A DNA stretch of 64,000 nt from Candidatus Moanibacter sp. (GTDB taxonomy: Bacteria; Verrucomicrobiota; Verrucomicrobiia; Opitutales; UBA2987), in NCBI GenBank assembly GCA_965215885.1, contig CBDCEW010000091.1, positions 43,775 to 107,774 on the forward strand, in the 5' to 3' direction. Each line of letters opens with the position of its first letter. Position 1 is the first letter of the stretch. The position numbers were made by a program, and so were the translations under genes. Positions 1 through 11,269 of this stretch are shown here, piece by piece. Under the pieces are notes generated by a model that was not told where the DNA came from, made no database searches, and worked only from the letters and a program-made list of their open reading frames with translations.

Positions 1-281
1 TCCGAGAAATCACTCTTACTACTCTCCATTTTACTTTGATCGAGCGTCAGCTTTGATTCTTGACCTGTTTCGAGAATCCCCGTGAGCGGGATCCCTCGGA
101 GCGAAGCAATCTTAGCCAGACGTTCTGAGCAGAGCGAATCGAGGACGAGCATGAGGACGATTACGAGAACGAAAAGTAGGATACTCCTGTAGAGTAGATT
201 CCCAGCTGGTCGTTCGCCGCCCGCCAGGGACGGCTTGCAACGCGCCTGGTGGGGTATAACATTTGAGCGACATTCTTTCAA

Positions 282-1092
282 ATGAGAACCTTTAAACTGG
301 GATACGCCACCCTGCATTGGCGGAACGCGGATCTGGAACCCGCTCTGCGAGAACTACAGGAAGCCGGCTGGGAGGGTTGGGAGGGTAGGATGGGGCAGGA
401 AGCGTTGGGTCCTCCCGAACATCTCAAGCGGATATGCGAGGATACGGGTATGCCGATGGTGGTGTACACGGCGGCCGGGTCGCCTGACAATCGCGAATCG
501 GAGAACATCGAGCGAAACAAGCGGAGAATGGATTTCGCCGCTGCCATGGGAGTCGATTGCTTCATGTACATGAGTGGTCGCAGACCGAAGAATTCCATCG
601 TTAGTCGTGATGATATTCAACGAGCGGCCGAGGATGCTGAAACATGGGCGGAGTACGCGAGTGGTTACGGACTCGAATTGTCTTACCACATCCACACAAA
701 TATGCTCGTGGATTCGATCGAGGAGTGGAAGTTCTATATGAGCTTTCTGGAGAAATCAAAGCTCTGCATCGACGTCTCGCACGCGGAACTGTGGGGTTAC
801 GACCCGGTGCAGGCGATCGAGGATTTCCGTGACCGGCTCAACTATATTCATCTCCAGGACTACTCATCCTGCACCGTGCGGGAAAAAGGAAAGTACAATC
901 CGACTTGGGTGCCTGTGGGAGAGGCGGAGTGTCTCGATTTCGCAGGAGTATTACGGAAATTGGAAGAGATCGGCTACGATCAGCTGGGTCACGTCGTGTC
1001 CCGGAACGCCCCCTCCGTCCGGCGAACCGGCCTTCGAGGAAGCACGCCGCAGTCGCGGGATGCGGGAGTATTTGCGCGGGCTGGGATACTAG
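282..1092 (+). CDS. Sugar phosphate isomerase/epimerase (xylose-isomerase-like TIM barrel), frameshifted near 985
   Basis: Motifs GWEGWE, LSYHIH, LCIDVSH, IHLQD. The natural C-terminus (WVTSCPG...REYLRGLGY*) continues in the 829..1092 frame. Confidence 0.8.
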
Positions 1093-1337
1093 GTCATTCC
1101 GAGATCGGCGAGGGTATTTTGTACAACCCATCCGCGGAAAAAGGGATTGTCAAAGGTATACCCCACGGCGCTTTCGGGCGTCTTCATCAGTGTCCCTGCT
1201 TCCACCAGAGCAGCGGCAGCGTTCGCGGTGGTACCGCTGTCGCCAAGGGCAAATTGCTGGCGGATCCGCTTTGTCGTGATACCGGCATCGCCGGCGGCCA
1301 CAGACCTGAGCACATTCTGCTGGTGACGGGTAAAATT
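1089..1337 (-). pseudogene. C-terminal fragment of an ATPase/wHTH-type protein, truncated by an IS end
   Basis: LNFTRHQQNVLRSVA...GYTFDNPFFRGWV resembles the C-terminus of archaeal-type ATPases. The ORF abuts the IS stub at 1338. Confidence 0.5.
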
Positions 1338-1388
1338 CAGACCTCACTATATTGCCCCTCTAAAGGCACTATGCAATCGCAAGTTTAA
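1338..1388 (-). mobile_element. 51-bp end stub of the 733-aa-transposase IS
   Basis: CAGACCTCACTATATTGCCCCTCTAAAGGCACTATGCAATCGCAAGTTTAA is identical to the sequence starting at 29246 and 41379. Confidence 0.9.
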
Positions 1389-1526
1389 TTCTTTCGAAGG
1401 GTTTACTCGGCTTCATTCCGACAGGCTGCTAGACCACTTTTTTTCACTAAATTCAGAAGGAAACTTTAAACGCCAAGGCTCAGGGGCACGGTTTACCGCA
1501 TCCACCGCAGTAATTCGTTAGGCACT

Positions 1527-2693
1527 ATGCAGGGCTCTCGTTACCGATTTATGCGGATGCTGACGGCGGCATGTCTGCCATATAGCATCGCGATAGCTGA
1601 AAGTCCGGACACGGAGAAGGGTGCGCCACCACCTGCCGTAGAGACGGAACCAAAGAGCGTCTACGAGCAGATATGGAGTCTCGCTGAGATCTACAAAGAC
1701 GAGAAGAATTCTCTACTGCAGTCGTTCGTCGTAACTGGCCGCGAACAAATTGATTACGCGACATTTGATGCCGAGCAGGGAGATTACGCAGACTGGGTGG
1801 TACGCAGGACCAGGCTTGGTTTCGAGGTAAAGATGCTTGATTCGATTACGCTGCGTTCAGAGGTGGATCTCGATCTGGAGAATGCGGACCCGCTCTATAA
1901 GCGCCTGACTGATACTTACGTTGCCTGGTCGCCAAGTGATACCTTCACGATGAAGATCGGGAAACAGGGCGTCCGGTTCACCCTGGATGGCGCGACCTCG
2001 TCGAAAAAGCTGCTCACCATCGACCGGAGCAACTTGTCGAATAACCTGTGGTTTCCCCAACAATATATGCCTGGGATAACGATTGGCGGCCGGATGGAAT
2101 CCTGGAATTATCTAACCGGCATATTCTCCGCGGGAAGCGCTTCACGCGAATTCGGTCACTTTGACGGGAGTTACTTCTTGCTCGTCTCGATCGGCTATGA
2201 TTTCACAGATGCCTGGGACGTTGAAGAAGCTCTTTTGTCATTGGATTACGTCTATCAGGACCCGGATGAGAACAACACGTTTACGCGTCCGCTGGGGCAC
2301 ATCGCTTCGCTGAATTTCCGTTACGCCACGGGAATGTGGGGATTCCGGTCGGACTTGACGCTCGGGGAGGGATACCGAGGTCAGAGTGATCTGTTTGGGT
2401 TGGTGGCGATGCCGTCTTACAATATAAGCGGCAAGGTTCAGATTGTGGGGCGTTACACCTATCTGAACAGTTCGCAGGAAAACGGAGTCCGGCTAGCCCG
2501 TTATGAGAACCGAATCGTTTCCGGTCGCGGCGACGAATACAACGAATTCTATCTCGGGCTGAACTGGCTTCTTTACGGCCATTTGCTGAAGTTACAGAGC
2601 GGGATCCAATATGCCACCTTGAACGACGGAGCGAATGACGGTGGAGAATATGATGGCTGGGGCTGGACGACGGGTCTGCGAATCAGTTGGTGA
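1527..2693 (+). CDS. Outer-membrane porin, OprO/OprP-like
   Basis: Signal peptide, VRRTRLG motif, amphipathic beta-strands, terminal W. Confidence 0.8.
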   Translation: MQGSRYRFMRMLTAACLPYSIAIAESPDTEKGAPPPAVETEPKSVYEQIWSLAEIYKDEKNSLLQSFVVTGREQIDYATFDAEQGDYADWVVRRTRLGFEVKMLDSITLRSEVDLDLENADPLYKRLTDTYVAWSPSDTFTMKIGKQGVRFTLDGATSSKKLLTIDRSNLSNNLWFPQQYMPGITIGGRMESWNYLTGIFSAGSASREFGHFDGSYFLLVSIGYDFTDAWDVEEALLSLDYVYQDPDENNTFTRPLGHIASLNFRYATGMWGFRSDLTLGEGYRGQSDLFGLVAMPSYNISGKVQIVGRYTYLNSSQENGVRLARYENRIVSGRGDEYNEFYLGLNWLLYGHLLKLQSGIQYATLNDGANDGGEYDGWGWTTGLRISW

Positions 2694-3142
2694 TCGATGA
2701 TCCTGACGATCAGATAGCTTCAATTATCCGAAACTGTGTTACGAAGCGAATCGTAAGAGAAACTCCCTCTGAACGAGCACCCTCTACTTCAAACATCTGA
2801 AAAACTAACCTGACCGAATTTAGATTTCCGATGATACCTGATTGATCGCAGCGTTTCGACTATCTAAATTCTCGTTATGCTAAGTACCGGGAAAGGAATC
2901 ATCCTCCTGGTCAGTTGTTCAATTCTGGTCATCACTCTCGCTATTGCGTGTCTAATCAGAAAACACCACGTGTCCGCAATCCCTGAAGAAAACCGTGCTT
3001 GTCAGTGAGCCTCGCTCCCCTGATCGAACAGAGACTCGGTTGAGCTTTCCTCCTTCATCGATCGATCACCACAAGGAACAGTGGTATGGCTACTGCATCA
3101 GCGGGATAGGCTCAATCCTTCTCGTAATCGTCCTCGTGATTC

Positions 3143-3949
3143 GGCCACCGCACCTCCCATGACGATTGGCCGCCGCTTGCAAAATGGCAGGAGCGCCCGC
3201 CCCGCGGGATGTGGAATTACCTGTTCTGGAGCGACGACAACGGCAGATCCTGGAGCGAGCCGGTAGAATGTGACGAGGTCGGCGGCGAACCGGGATATAT
3301 CACCGAATTGCACGACGGGACGCTCCTCTATACCCGAACCGAATCGGCGCGTTCGGACTTGCTGAAAGATGGACCATTGCCCTGGGGCGATGTCTATTAT
3401 CGCAATCGGGCCGTGTTTTCCGACGACGGAGGAAAGAGCTGGGAACGAACGTCGCTGATAACCGACGCGCCGTTCCAAAGCGATTGCGAGACCGGCGTGG
3501 TGGAGTTGGAACCCGGTCATCTGCTGGCGGTGACGCGCATCGGGTTCGGTGGCGGTCGCTTCGGGCAGCCCAGCCGGTTCGTGCACAGTTATGATGGCGG
3601 GCGCACCTGGGAGCATCCGACCCTGTCGCCGATCTACGGCCAGCGGGTGATCGTGCGCATGCTGCGGTCGGGCAGGTTGCTCGCGACCTACCGGAATCGA
3701 TGGGGAACGCCGGCGAGCTACGCGTTTGTCTGGGACCCGGACGAGGTTTTTGACTACGAGCCCAGTTCCTACCTTTGGGATGAATCCAGCTGTACCCTGG
3801 ACGACGGTGTTATGACCTTGAAGACAAGCGGAACTTCGGAGACGCAGGCGATATTTGGGTTTTACCCGGCGTTGCGCGAGGAATCCGAAGTGGATCTCAG
3901 CGTCAACATGCGCTCGTCCGCCTCAAACGCATGTTCGGAAAGAAGATGA
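3143..3949 (+). pseudogene. Sialidase/BNR (Asp-box) beta-propeller fragment
   Basis: Three Asp boxes (SDDNGRSW, SDDGGKSW, SYDGGRTW). The frame is open upstream of 3209 only to about 3143, and both ends appear truncated. Confidence 0.65.
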
Positions 3950-4092
3950 TGATAAAGATTATGATGACGATGATGAGGGTATCCGCCCGGTTTGTGAGAT
4001 TTGCGGACTAACTGGTACTCCCAGCCTACCAATTGAAAAGCGTCGAATCGATTTCCTCCTTGGGATGGCCTATTTTTCGAATGCACGTCGCC

Positions 4093-5527
4093 ATGGAATC
4101 GGTTACCTATCACAGATCCCTTCCGTTACTCGACGAATACGAGGTGATCGTTTGCGGGGGCGGACCCTCCGGTATCCCGGCGGCGCTGGCTGCGCGGCGC
4201 GCCGGGAAGAAGACGTTTGTTGGTTGAAGGTACGGGCCAAATGGGCGGGGTGGGGACGTCGGCGGGCGTGTCGCACCTGCTGGCCAGCCGAACGAACGAC
4301 AACCAGGTCTGCGTGGCGGGAATTTTCAAGGAGATTACTGAGGAACTGGCGGCGCGGGGCGGAGCCGTCAATCCCGACACCATCGAGACGCCGGGCAAAT
4401 TCAATCCTCACGGTTGGACGGGGAAGGTGAGCAACCTCACCTACGGCGTTCCGTTCGACCCCATTCAGATGGCGATTCTTTTGGATGAGAAGATGCTCGA
4501 GGCGGGGGTTGATGTGTTGTACTTTACGAGCGTCGTGGACGTCCTTCCGGATCCTGGCGGCGGTGAACGACTGGGCGGGATAGTGGTCTCGAACAAATCG
4601 GGGCTGCAGGCGGTTACGGGAAGGGTGTTTGTCGACGCCACGGGAGACGGGGACGTGGCGGCGCGAGCCGGGTGCGAAGTCGTCAAGGGGCGCGCCGAAG
4701 ACGGCCTTATGACACCGGCTTCATTGATCTTTCATGTCGAAAATGTGGATCAGGACGCGCTTTCCGAATACATCCACGACACCGAGGAGAATCGGTTCCG
4801 GAATTTGATTGAAGACCTTCGCCGGCGCGGTGAATGGGATTTCCCCTACGAGATCTTTATCACCGTGCAATTGACGGACAAGGGCACACTCATGGTCAAT
4901 ACGACCCGCATCTGCGACGTTGACGGAACGGATGGCCGTTCGATTTCGCGGGGCATGATGCAGGGCAGGCGGGAGGTTAACCGGCTCTTCGATCTCATGA
5001 AGCGACACTTTCCGGGATTCGCGAAGGCGCGCATCAAGCTGGTGGCGCCGGTGCTGGGAATCCGCGAAACGCGGCGAATCGTGGGCGATTTCGTGATGAC
5101 GGTCGAGGACCTCGTTGAAGGCCGCAATTTCCCGGACACGATTGGATTCAGTGGTTATGGGTGGGACCTGCCGGACCCGAAAAAACCGAGTATCCAGACA
5201 ATGCACGGCATAGAGCGGAAGAGGAACTACACGCCCATACCGTACCGCGTGATGGTTCCTCAGCCAATAAAGAACATAATCTGCCCGGGCCGGGCAATCA
5301 GTGTGGAGCGGCACGTCCTCGGGCCGTTGCGGGAACAGGGCGCGTGTTACGCCATGGGCCACGCCGCCGGACTGGCGGCTGCGATGGCGGCTGAAAACGG
5401 AACTGCTTTTGCCCGGATCGACGTGGGAGCATTGCGGGACCGCCTCCGGAAGGAAAATGCGAAAGTCGATTGGGACCAGGAGATCCGGCCCACGTGTTGG
5501 TCGGTTGATCGGGTGAATTCGGGGTGA
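4093..5527 (+). CDS. FAD-dependent oxidoreductase (FAD_oxidored-like), +1 frameshift near 4216
   Basis: VIVCGGGPSG in the 4033 frame joins LVEGTGQMGG...DATGDGD...RETRRIVG in the 4217 frame. Confidence 0.85.
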
Positions 5528-5551
5528 GGGGAATGCGAAAAAGGACAAGCG

Positions 5552-7562
5552 ATGGATAAAAACGATTTCGACCTCGTCGTAGTGGGCGCCACGCCCGGGG
5601 GAATCTCCTGTGCGGTCGCGGCGGCTCGGGCCGGTTTGACGGTCCTATTGACAAACTGGAACGAGCGCCCGGGCGGATTTTTCGTCAATGGCGGCAGTGT
5701 CCTCGACACAATATACGAGGGCAACCGCGCTCCACTTTTCGCGGAGTTCCTGGAGCGCATTCGGGACTTCAACAAATGCAAATACGGCGAAGACTCGGAC
5801 CGCTACCGCGAAACGTTTTACGGTGACCGGCTCGATTCGAGCGCCCGTCCGCGTATTCGCAATGAGGCGGCGGCAACGGTGTTCCGCGAGTGGATTGAAG
5901 CGGAACCGAAGTTGTCGCTTTTGAGCGGGGTGATTCCCGTAGCCGTGGAACGGTCCTGCAGGCACTTGACGGCGGTCTTCCTGAGCGAGTTGGCGAATGG
6001 GAAGCGCCGACGGTATTGCGGACGGATCTTCGTGGATGCCACCTACGAGGGCGACCTCGCGGCGGTCGCGGGCGTGGAATACCGGGTGGGAAGGGAGTCC
6101 CGGCAGGCATTCGGCGAGCCCCACGCAGGCAAAATCTGGCGCGATTACGTGGAGGGGAGAAGACGGACACTTCCCCCGGGAGGCGGCCGAGGGGCTGATT
6201 AACACGCGGATATTCCGCCTCACCAATAAGCAGATATTCGCAGGCAGCACGGGTGAGGGCGATGGCGCGATTCAGGCCTATAACTATCGGATGGCCCCCA
6301 CGAATGACCCGGAGAAAAGGCGCCCCATCACGCGTCCGGACAATTACGACCGGGAACGTTATGCCGGGATTACGGGGAGCGAACAGGCCAGATTGGAGAA
6401 ATCCTTTCCCATCAAATCCGACGCCCTTTACAACGGGGTGGAGAAAGTCGGGATGGGCGGGCAATATCACTGTTACCCAGGTGGGAACCATGAATATCCG
6501 GAAGCTGACTGGCAAGGACGCCGCGAAATCCTGAAGGCGCACGCGGACCACATGCACGGGTACTTTTATTTTATTCAGAACGACGACTCGGTTCCGGAAG
6601 CCATCCGGGAGCGGAATCTGCAGTGGGGGCTGGACAAGACCCTTTATCCGGATAACGACAACATCCCGTATGAAATCTACGTCCGGGAAGCACGTCGCAT
6701 CCGGGGCCGTTATGTCTTCCGGGAACAGGATGCCACACTGGCGGAGGGGTATGGCCGGGCGCCCGTGCACAGCGATTCCGTCGGAGTCACCGAGTGGCCC
6801 ATGGATTCCCACGATTGCACTACCGAGATGGTGCCCGGAAGCCTCCACGACGGTGTCCTGTTGCTGACCGAAGAGACACGCCCGGGACAGATTCCCTATC
6901 GCTCCCTCTTGCCGAGGGATATCGACAACCTGATCGTACCGGTTTGCCTCTCGGCCACCCACGTGGCCTGGGGCACGGTCCGGCTGGAGCCGGTGTGGAT
7001 GCCCTTGGGGGAGGTCGCCGCCCACGCGGCCGCGCTCTCGCTTCAGCTCGGAACAACGCCCGGAGAACTCGACCCGGAGCACCTCCAATTCCGCCTGGTG
7101 GAAAATCGGATCATGGTGTCGTTCTTCAACGAGTTCGATATGGCTACGGAAGAGCCGTGGGTGCCCGCTGTTCAGTATCTCGGAACGAAGGGGTTCTTCG
7201 ACGAATATGATGCGCGGCCGGAGGCGCCTCTGACTGGTCCGGTGGCGCGGGAATGGGCGCACGCTTTTGCCGATTTATGCCAGGGAAATTGCGATTCGCA
7301 CGCAGTCGCAGGAGCGGTTCACCGGGTAGCCGGCGATTCCGATCCGGCCGTTAGTGTTGCCGAATTTCTGACTCTCCTGGAAAAAGAGGCGGCTTATCGC
7401 GGGTTGCCGGATTCGCTCGTAGGTCGTGAGGCGGAGGCGATAGGATGGAACGAGGAGGAATCTGTTACGCGCAAAGACGCCTGCCGGTTGATCTTTGCTC
7501 TCATTCGCCGGATTCTTTACCCGGGTGAATCGACGATTAGAGAGCCCATTATTGAAAGGTAA
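5552..7562 (+). CDS. FAD-dependent oxidoreductase, frameshifted near 6140-6160
   Basis: VVVGATPGG, DATYEGD, VREARRIRG, VRLEP. Collinear with the paralogues at 18161 and 32007. Confidence 0.85.
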
Positions 7563-7597
7563 CCTGGAGAGCAGACATTTTCATCTGTGAAGGTGAG

Positions 7598-8335
7598 ATG
7601 ATAGACATTCAGGATCGAGTAGTGCAGGAAAATATGGATACTCTCTCTGCCGCGTTTGATCGCGATGGTTTTGTGATTCTTCGGCAATTCTTCGATGCCT
7701 CAGTAATTAAGCGTCTGAATGGTGAAATTGAACGCTACCGAGCCGTTCGGCTTCCTGATGGTGCGCCCGCTGGATACGAAAATCCTTCAGTTCCGGATAG
7801 CCTGAAGTCGATGCGGCTGATGGAAAAACACGACCCGTTTTTCCGAGAATTCTTCATCGGAAATGATCGCCTCAGGGAGTTATCACGTGCGCTGTTGCAC
7901 TATCCCGAGGTTGAACTCGCCTTTGTGCAATGGTTTGACAAGCCGCCTCGGATTGGGTCACCCACGCCGGCTCATCAGGACAACGTATTTGACCCATTTG
8001 AACCTCCCGAAGTGCTCACCTTTTGGATCGCACTGGACACAGTCGACGAGGGTAATGCCTGTTTGCGTTACGTTCGCGGTTCGCATCGAGGACCGCTTCG
8101 CGAACACGAGGAATCGCCACACTCAGGTTTCAGTAGAGTGGTCAAAGATTATACTGATCAGGACAGAGCAAATGAAGCCGCCATTCTGCTTCTACCCGGA
8201 GACATCGCGGTGCACCATTTTATGACCATCCACCGCACGGATCCGAATCGCAGCGACCGTCACCGCCGGGGAATCGGATTTCGGGTCAAAAGCACGCGGG
8301 CGAAAGCGCTGAGTGAGCGTCAACTCGCTGGGTAG
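7598..8335 (+). CDS. Phytanoyl-CoA dioxygenase (PhyH) family Fe/2OG enzyme
   Basis: FDRDGF, PAHQD, WIALD, GSH, H-x-N-x-S-x3-R motifs. Confidence 0.85.
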   Translation: MIDIQDRVVQENMDTLSAAFDRDGFVILRQFFDASVIKRLNGEIERYRAVRLPDGAPAGYENPSVPDSLKSMRLMEKHDPFFREFFIGNDRLRELSRALLHYPEVELAFVQWFDKPPRIGSPTPAHQDNVFDPFEPPEVLTFWIALDTVDEGNACLRYVRGSHRGPLREHEESPHSGFSRVVKDYTDQDRANEAAILLLPGDIAVHHFMTIHRTDPNRSDRHRRGIGFRVKSTRAKALSERQLAG

Positions 8336-8419
8336 TTTGCATTCCGAGGTTGGTCCCGCGTTCTGCCGGACGGCAGAGTGCTACAAACGTGTTTCCCATT
8401 GGCGGTCGATCCTTATTTT

Positions 8420-8443
8420 TTATTTTCAATAAATTGAAAATAA
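8420..8443. promoter_or_regulatory. AT-rich dyad, candidate operator
   Basis: TTATTTTCAAT-AA-ATTGAAAATAA with perfect 11-bp arms. Confidence 0.35.
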
Positions 8444-8761
8444 TAGCGAATTATCATTAAGAATTAGAGGCTCGGTGCTAGGAATAAGAAACCGATTTGG
8501 ATCCGGATGTTGTTACTCCAATTCGTGATTACGATGCGGTCCCGGAAAACCTACCCTTAACCCGAAAATCTCGCTACCGATCGCGCTCAGCGGCCCTGCA
8601 ATAGGGCAGGGTCTTGCAATTTTCGGCTTCTAGTCCGCTTAATCTGCGAAATAAGCGGACTAAATATGCGAAACAGCGCGAAAAAGGGTGGGTTCGAGTC
8701 GAGGCCGTGCATGAATTAGTCTTGCAAGAATGGAATGGCGCAGACAATGGTGGGCAGGCGA

Positions 8762-9001
8762 ATGGATCCCTTGATCAACTTACAAGACCCGGTTGCGAAG
8801 GTGGTAGGGAAACGAAGGCCGCCGCGCGATTCCTTCAGTGCGGGTATGGACCTCCAGGACACCGTGGTGGCGCTCTACCGTTCCCAACGCATGGGCCTAG
8901 TGCCGAAGGGAGTATACCGGTTCAATTCTCACGAGGAAGCCGACGAATGGATGTGGGCGATGCTGGCAAGGCGCAGGAAACGGGAGCCGACGACGAGCTA
9001 G
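8762..9001 (+). CDS. Small hypothetical protein, partner of the downstream nucleotidyltransferase
   Basis: 79 aa with PKGVYRFNSHEEADEW. Overlaps the start of the next gene. Confidence 0.6.
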   Translation: MDPLINLQDPVAKVVGKRRPPRDSFSAGMDLQDTVVALYRSQRMGLVPKGVYRFNSHEEADEWMWAMLARRRKREPTTS

Positions 9002-9483
9002 AGTCGCGTGCTCCGCGCGAAGACGATCTCGTTCTGATCTGCCGGCGTCTCAACGAACTGGAGGCCGATTACATGGTAATCGGAGGATTCGCGATTATCA
9101 TGGCTGGATTCCCGCGAGCCACAGTCGATATCGATCTCCTGGTGGCGACCGATCCGGAAAACGAAGCCCGCGTGCTTGAGGCACTGGAGATCCTTCCCGA
9201 TCGAGCTGTCAGGGAGCTGAAGATCGGCGAGATCAACAGTTACGAGGTTGTCCGTGTCGCAGACGAAGTGGTGGTCGATCTTATGAAGAGCGCATGCGGA
9301 ATCGACTACGCGGAAGCGGCGCGCGATGTTGTTATCCGTCAGGTCAAAGGAGTCCCCATCCCATTCGCGTCGCCTCGTCTTCTATTCCGCATGAAAAGAG
9401 CAACCCATAGGGAAAAAGATGCCGCCGATCTTGTTTTTCTTAAACGGTATCTCGCCCAACGCGGCGGCGAGGAATCAGAGTAG
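8947..9483 (+). CDS. Pol-beta-fold nucleotidyltransferase
   Basis: VIGGFA...RATVDIDL and C-terminal K-x4-REKD-x2-D. Start set at ATG 8947. Confidence 0.75.
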   Translation: MDVGDAGKAQETGADDELESRAPREDDLVLICRRLNELEADYMVIGGFAIIMAGFPRATVDIDLLVATDPENEARVLEALEILPDRAVRELKIGEINSYEVVRVADEVVVDLMKSACGIDYAEAARDVVIRQVKGVPIPFASPRLLFRMKRATHREKDAADLVFLKRYLAQRGGEESE

Positions 9484-9550
9484 GGCGTCCACAGGCCTTC
9501 GCCTCAAGAAACTGCGAAGCAGTTTCCCATAACCGGCGCGCCAGCGCCGG

Positions 9551-10387
9551 TTATCCTTTGACCCCGCCGAGCTGGATACCCGCCACGATCTGTTTCTGCA
9601 TGAAAACAAAAAAGACCACTAGCGGCAGGACATACATCACGGTGGCCGCCATGAGCAACTCGGTCTGGGCGGCGTAGTCCGATCGAAAGCTCATGAGGCC
9701 GATGGGGAGGGTGCGCAGGTAGTCGTCCTTGATCATCACCAGGGGCCAGAAGAAACTCTGAAAATTGCCCAGATAAGTGAGGATGGCGAGGGTCACCAAT
9801 CCTGGCCGGGACAGTGGTAGGATGACGTCGAGAAAAATCTGCAGGTGGCTGGCGCCATCCATTTTGGCGGCCTCATCATAGGAGCTCGGTAAAGTGAGCA
9901 TGAATTGCCTGAGCAAGAACGTGCCGAAGGTGGTGAAAGCCTGGGGCAGGATCAGACCGGTGTAGGTGTTGACCAAACCAAGGCCCACCATAATTTGGTA
10001 ATTCGGAATGAGCAGCACGATCCCGGGAATCATCATAGTCGAGAGGTAGAGGAGGAAAACCTTGTCGCGTCCCGGCCAATGGATGCGCGAGAAGGCGTAG
10101 GCGGCCATTGCGCTGGTCAATACCTGCAGTGCGGTCACCCAGGAAGCGACGAAAAGGCTGTTGAAGTACCATTTGGGAAAATCCAGATCGAGGAACTTCT
10201 TCGTGTAGGGTTCGGGGGCCATGCGCAGGACCACGCCGAAATTCTCGACCTGGGCCGATTCCGGCAGCAACTTCAGGGAGAAAATCTCCGGCCGCGACTT
10301 AAGGCTGGCCGCAAGCATCCAGAGAAACGGAAAAATCAAGAGGGCCGCGAAAAAGACCATGAGAAGATGTTTGAGCATTATCTTCAT
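9551..10387 (-). CDS. Carbohydrate ABC transporter permease (MalG-like)
   Basis: EAAKMDGAS loop, about 6 TM segments, C-terminal GGVKG. Confidence 0.9.
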   Translation of the reverse strand: MKIMLKHLLMVFFAALLIFPFLWMLAASLKSRPEIFSLKLLPESAQVENFGVVLRMAPEPYTKKFLDLDFPKWYFNSLFVASWVTALQVLTSAMAAYAFSRIHWPGRDKVFLLYLSTMMIPGIVLLIPNYQIMVGLGLVNTYTGLILPQAFTTFGTFLLRQFMLTLPSSYDEAAKMDGASHLQIFLDVILPLSRPGLVTLAILTYLGNFQSFFWPLVMIKDDYLRTLPIGLMSFRSDYAAQTELLMAATVMYVLPLVVFFVFMQKQIVAGIQLGGVKG

Positions 10388-10792
10388 TGATTTCTTAGCG
10401 CATTAAATTCGGAACCAAATTGGAAGGTCCTTCCGTAGTGAAAAGATTTGAACAGAAGGAAACAGAGATAAACGAAGAGGGATGAGAGAAGAGGAGTAAC
10501 CCACGGATGGCTCCGCTGTACCACGGATGGAAAGAGTGAAATTGGAAAGCGAAAGGGAGCCCTTCATTCATTCGTTGCTGACTCATCTTCCCGCTCAGTG
10601 GGATTGCGGCTTTGCGTGAGATTTTTTCCCTTTTCCTCTCCGTAAACAGATTGGGTTTATCCTCCAGGAGCAATGGGACGATTTCGGGAAGCTGACGATG
10701 CTCAAGCGGGGCCGCAAGGCGGCCGACTCACTAACGGGGGAACTGAGCCATCTTGAAGAGGGCCTGTCGATGGATTCACTGCCTTGACTCTA

Positions 10793-10996
10793 TCGGGTAC
10801 AAGCCACAACTGGTTCGCAGCGAAAACGGTTTTGTCACCAGCCTGATCGTACCGCAAGGCAATGCGGCAGACTCCATTGAGCTGGCGCCGGCCATCGGCG
10901 ATTCGATCAAGCGCACCGGTGTCATTGCTGAACTGATCAGCACCGATGACGGATATGCTTCGGCGAAGGGGCGCAAGGAGGTGCTGAGCATGGGGG
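10793..10996 (+). pseudogene. Internal DDE transposase fragment
   Basis: IGYKPQL...PQGNAADS...STDDGYAS, typical of the second catalytic Asp region of IS5/ISNCY-like enzymes. Confidence 0.65.
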
Positions 10997-11269
10997 TAAA
11001 CGAAGTCGTGCGCTTCGCGGCCGTAGCGCCAGTTGACCAGGGTGAGCGCGAAAATGATGACAAACAAAACCCAGGCGATAGCGGATCCGTAGGCAAGGTC
11101 CAGCCGTTCAAAGCCTCTGTCCTGTTCAAAATAGCTAAAGGTTTGACTCTAAACGAAGTCGTGCGCTTCGCGGCCGTAGCGCCAGTTGACCAGGGTGAGC
11201 GCGAAAATGATGACAAACAAAACCCAGGCGATAGCGGATCCGTAGGCAAGGTCCAGCCGTTCAAAGCCT
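10997..11269. repeat. Exact 120-bp direct repeat of the permease 3' end
   Basis: 10997-11116 equals 11150-11269, with a 33-bp spacer. Confidence 0.95.

Noticed and set aside
1410..1432. Possible second IS end (TTCCGACAGGCTGCTAG)
   Set aside because: No partner end or transposase in the window.
3940..3978. FLAG-like acidic peptide EDDDKDYDDDDE
   Set aside because: It is not DYKDDDDK. This is low-complexity GAT-rich intergenic sequence, similar to 140-172.
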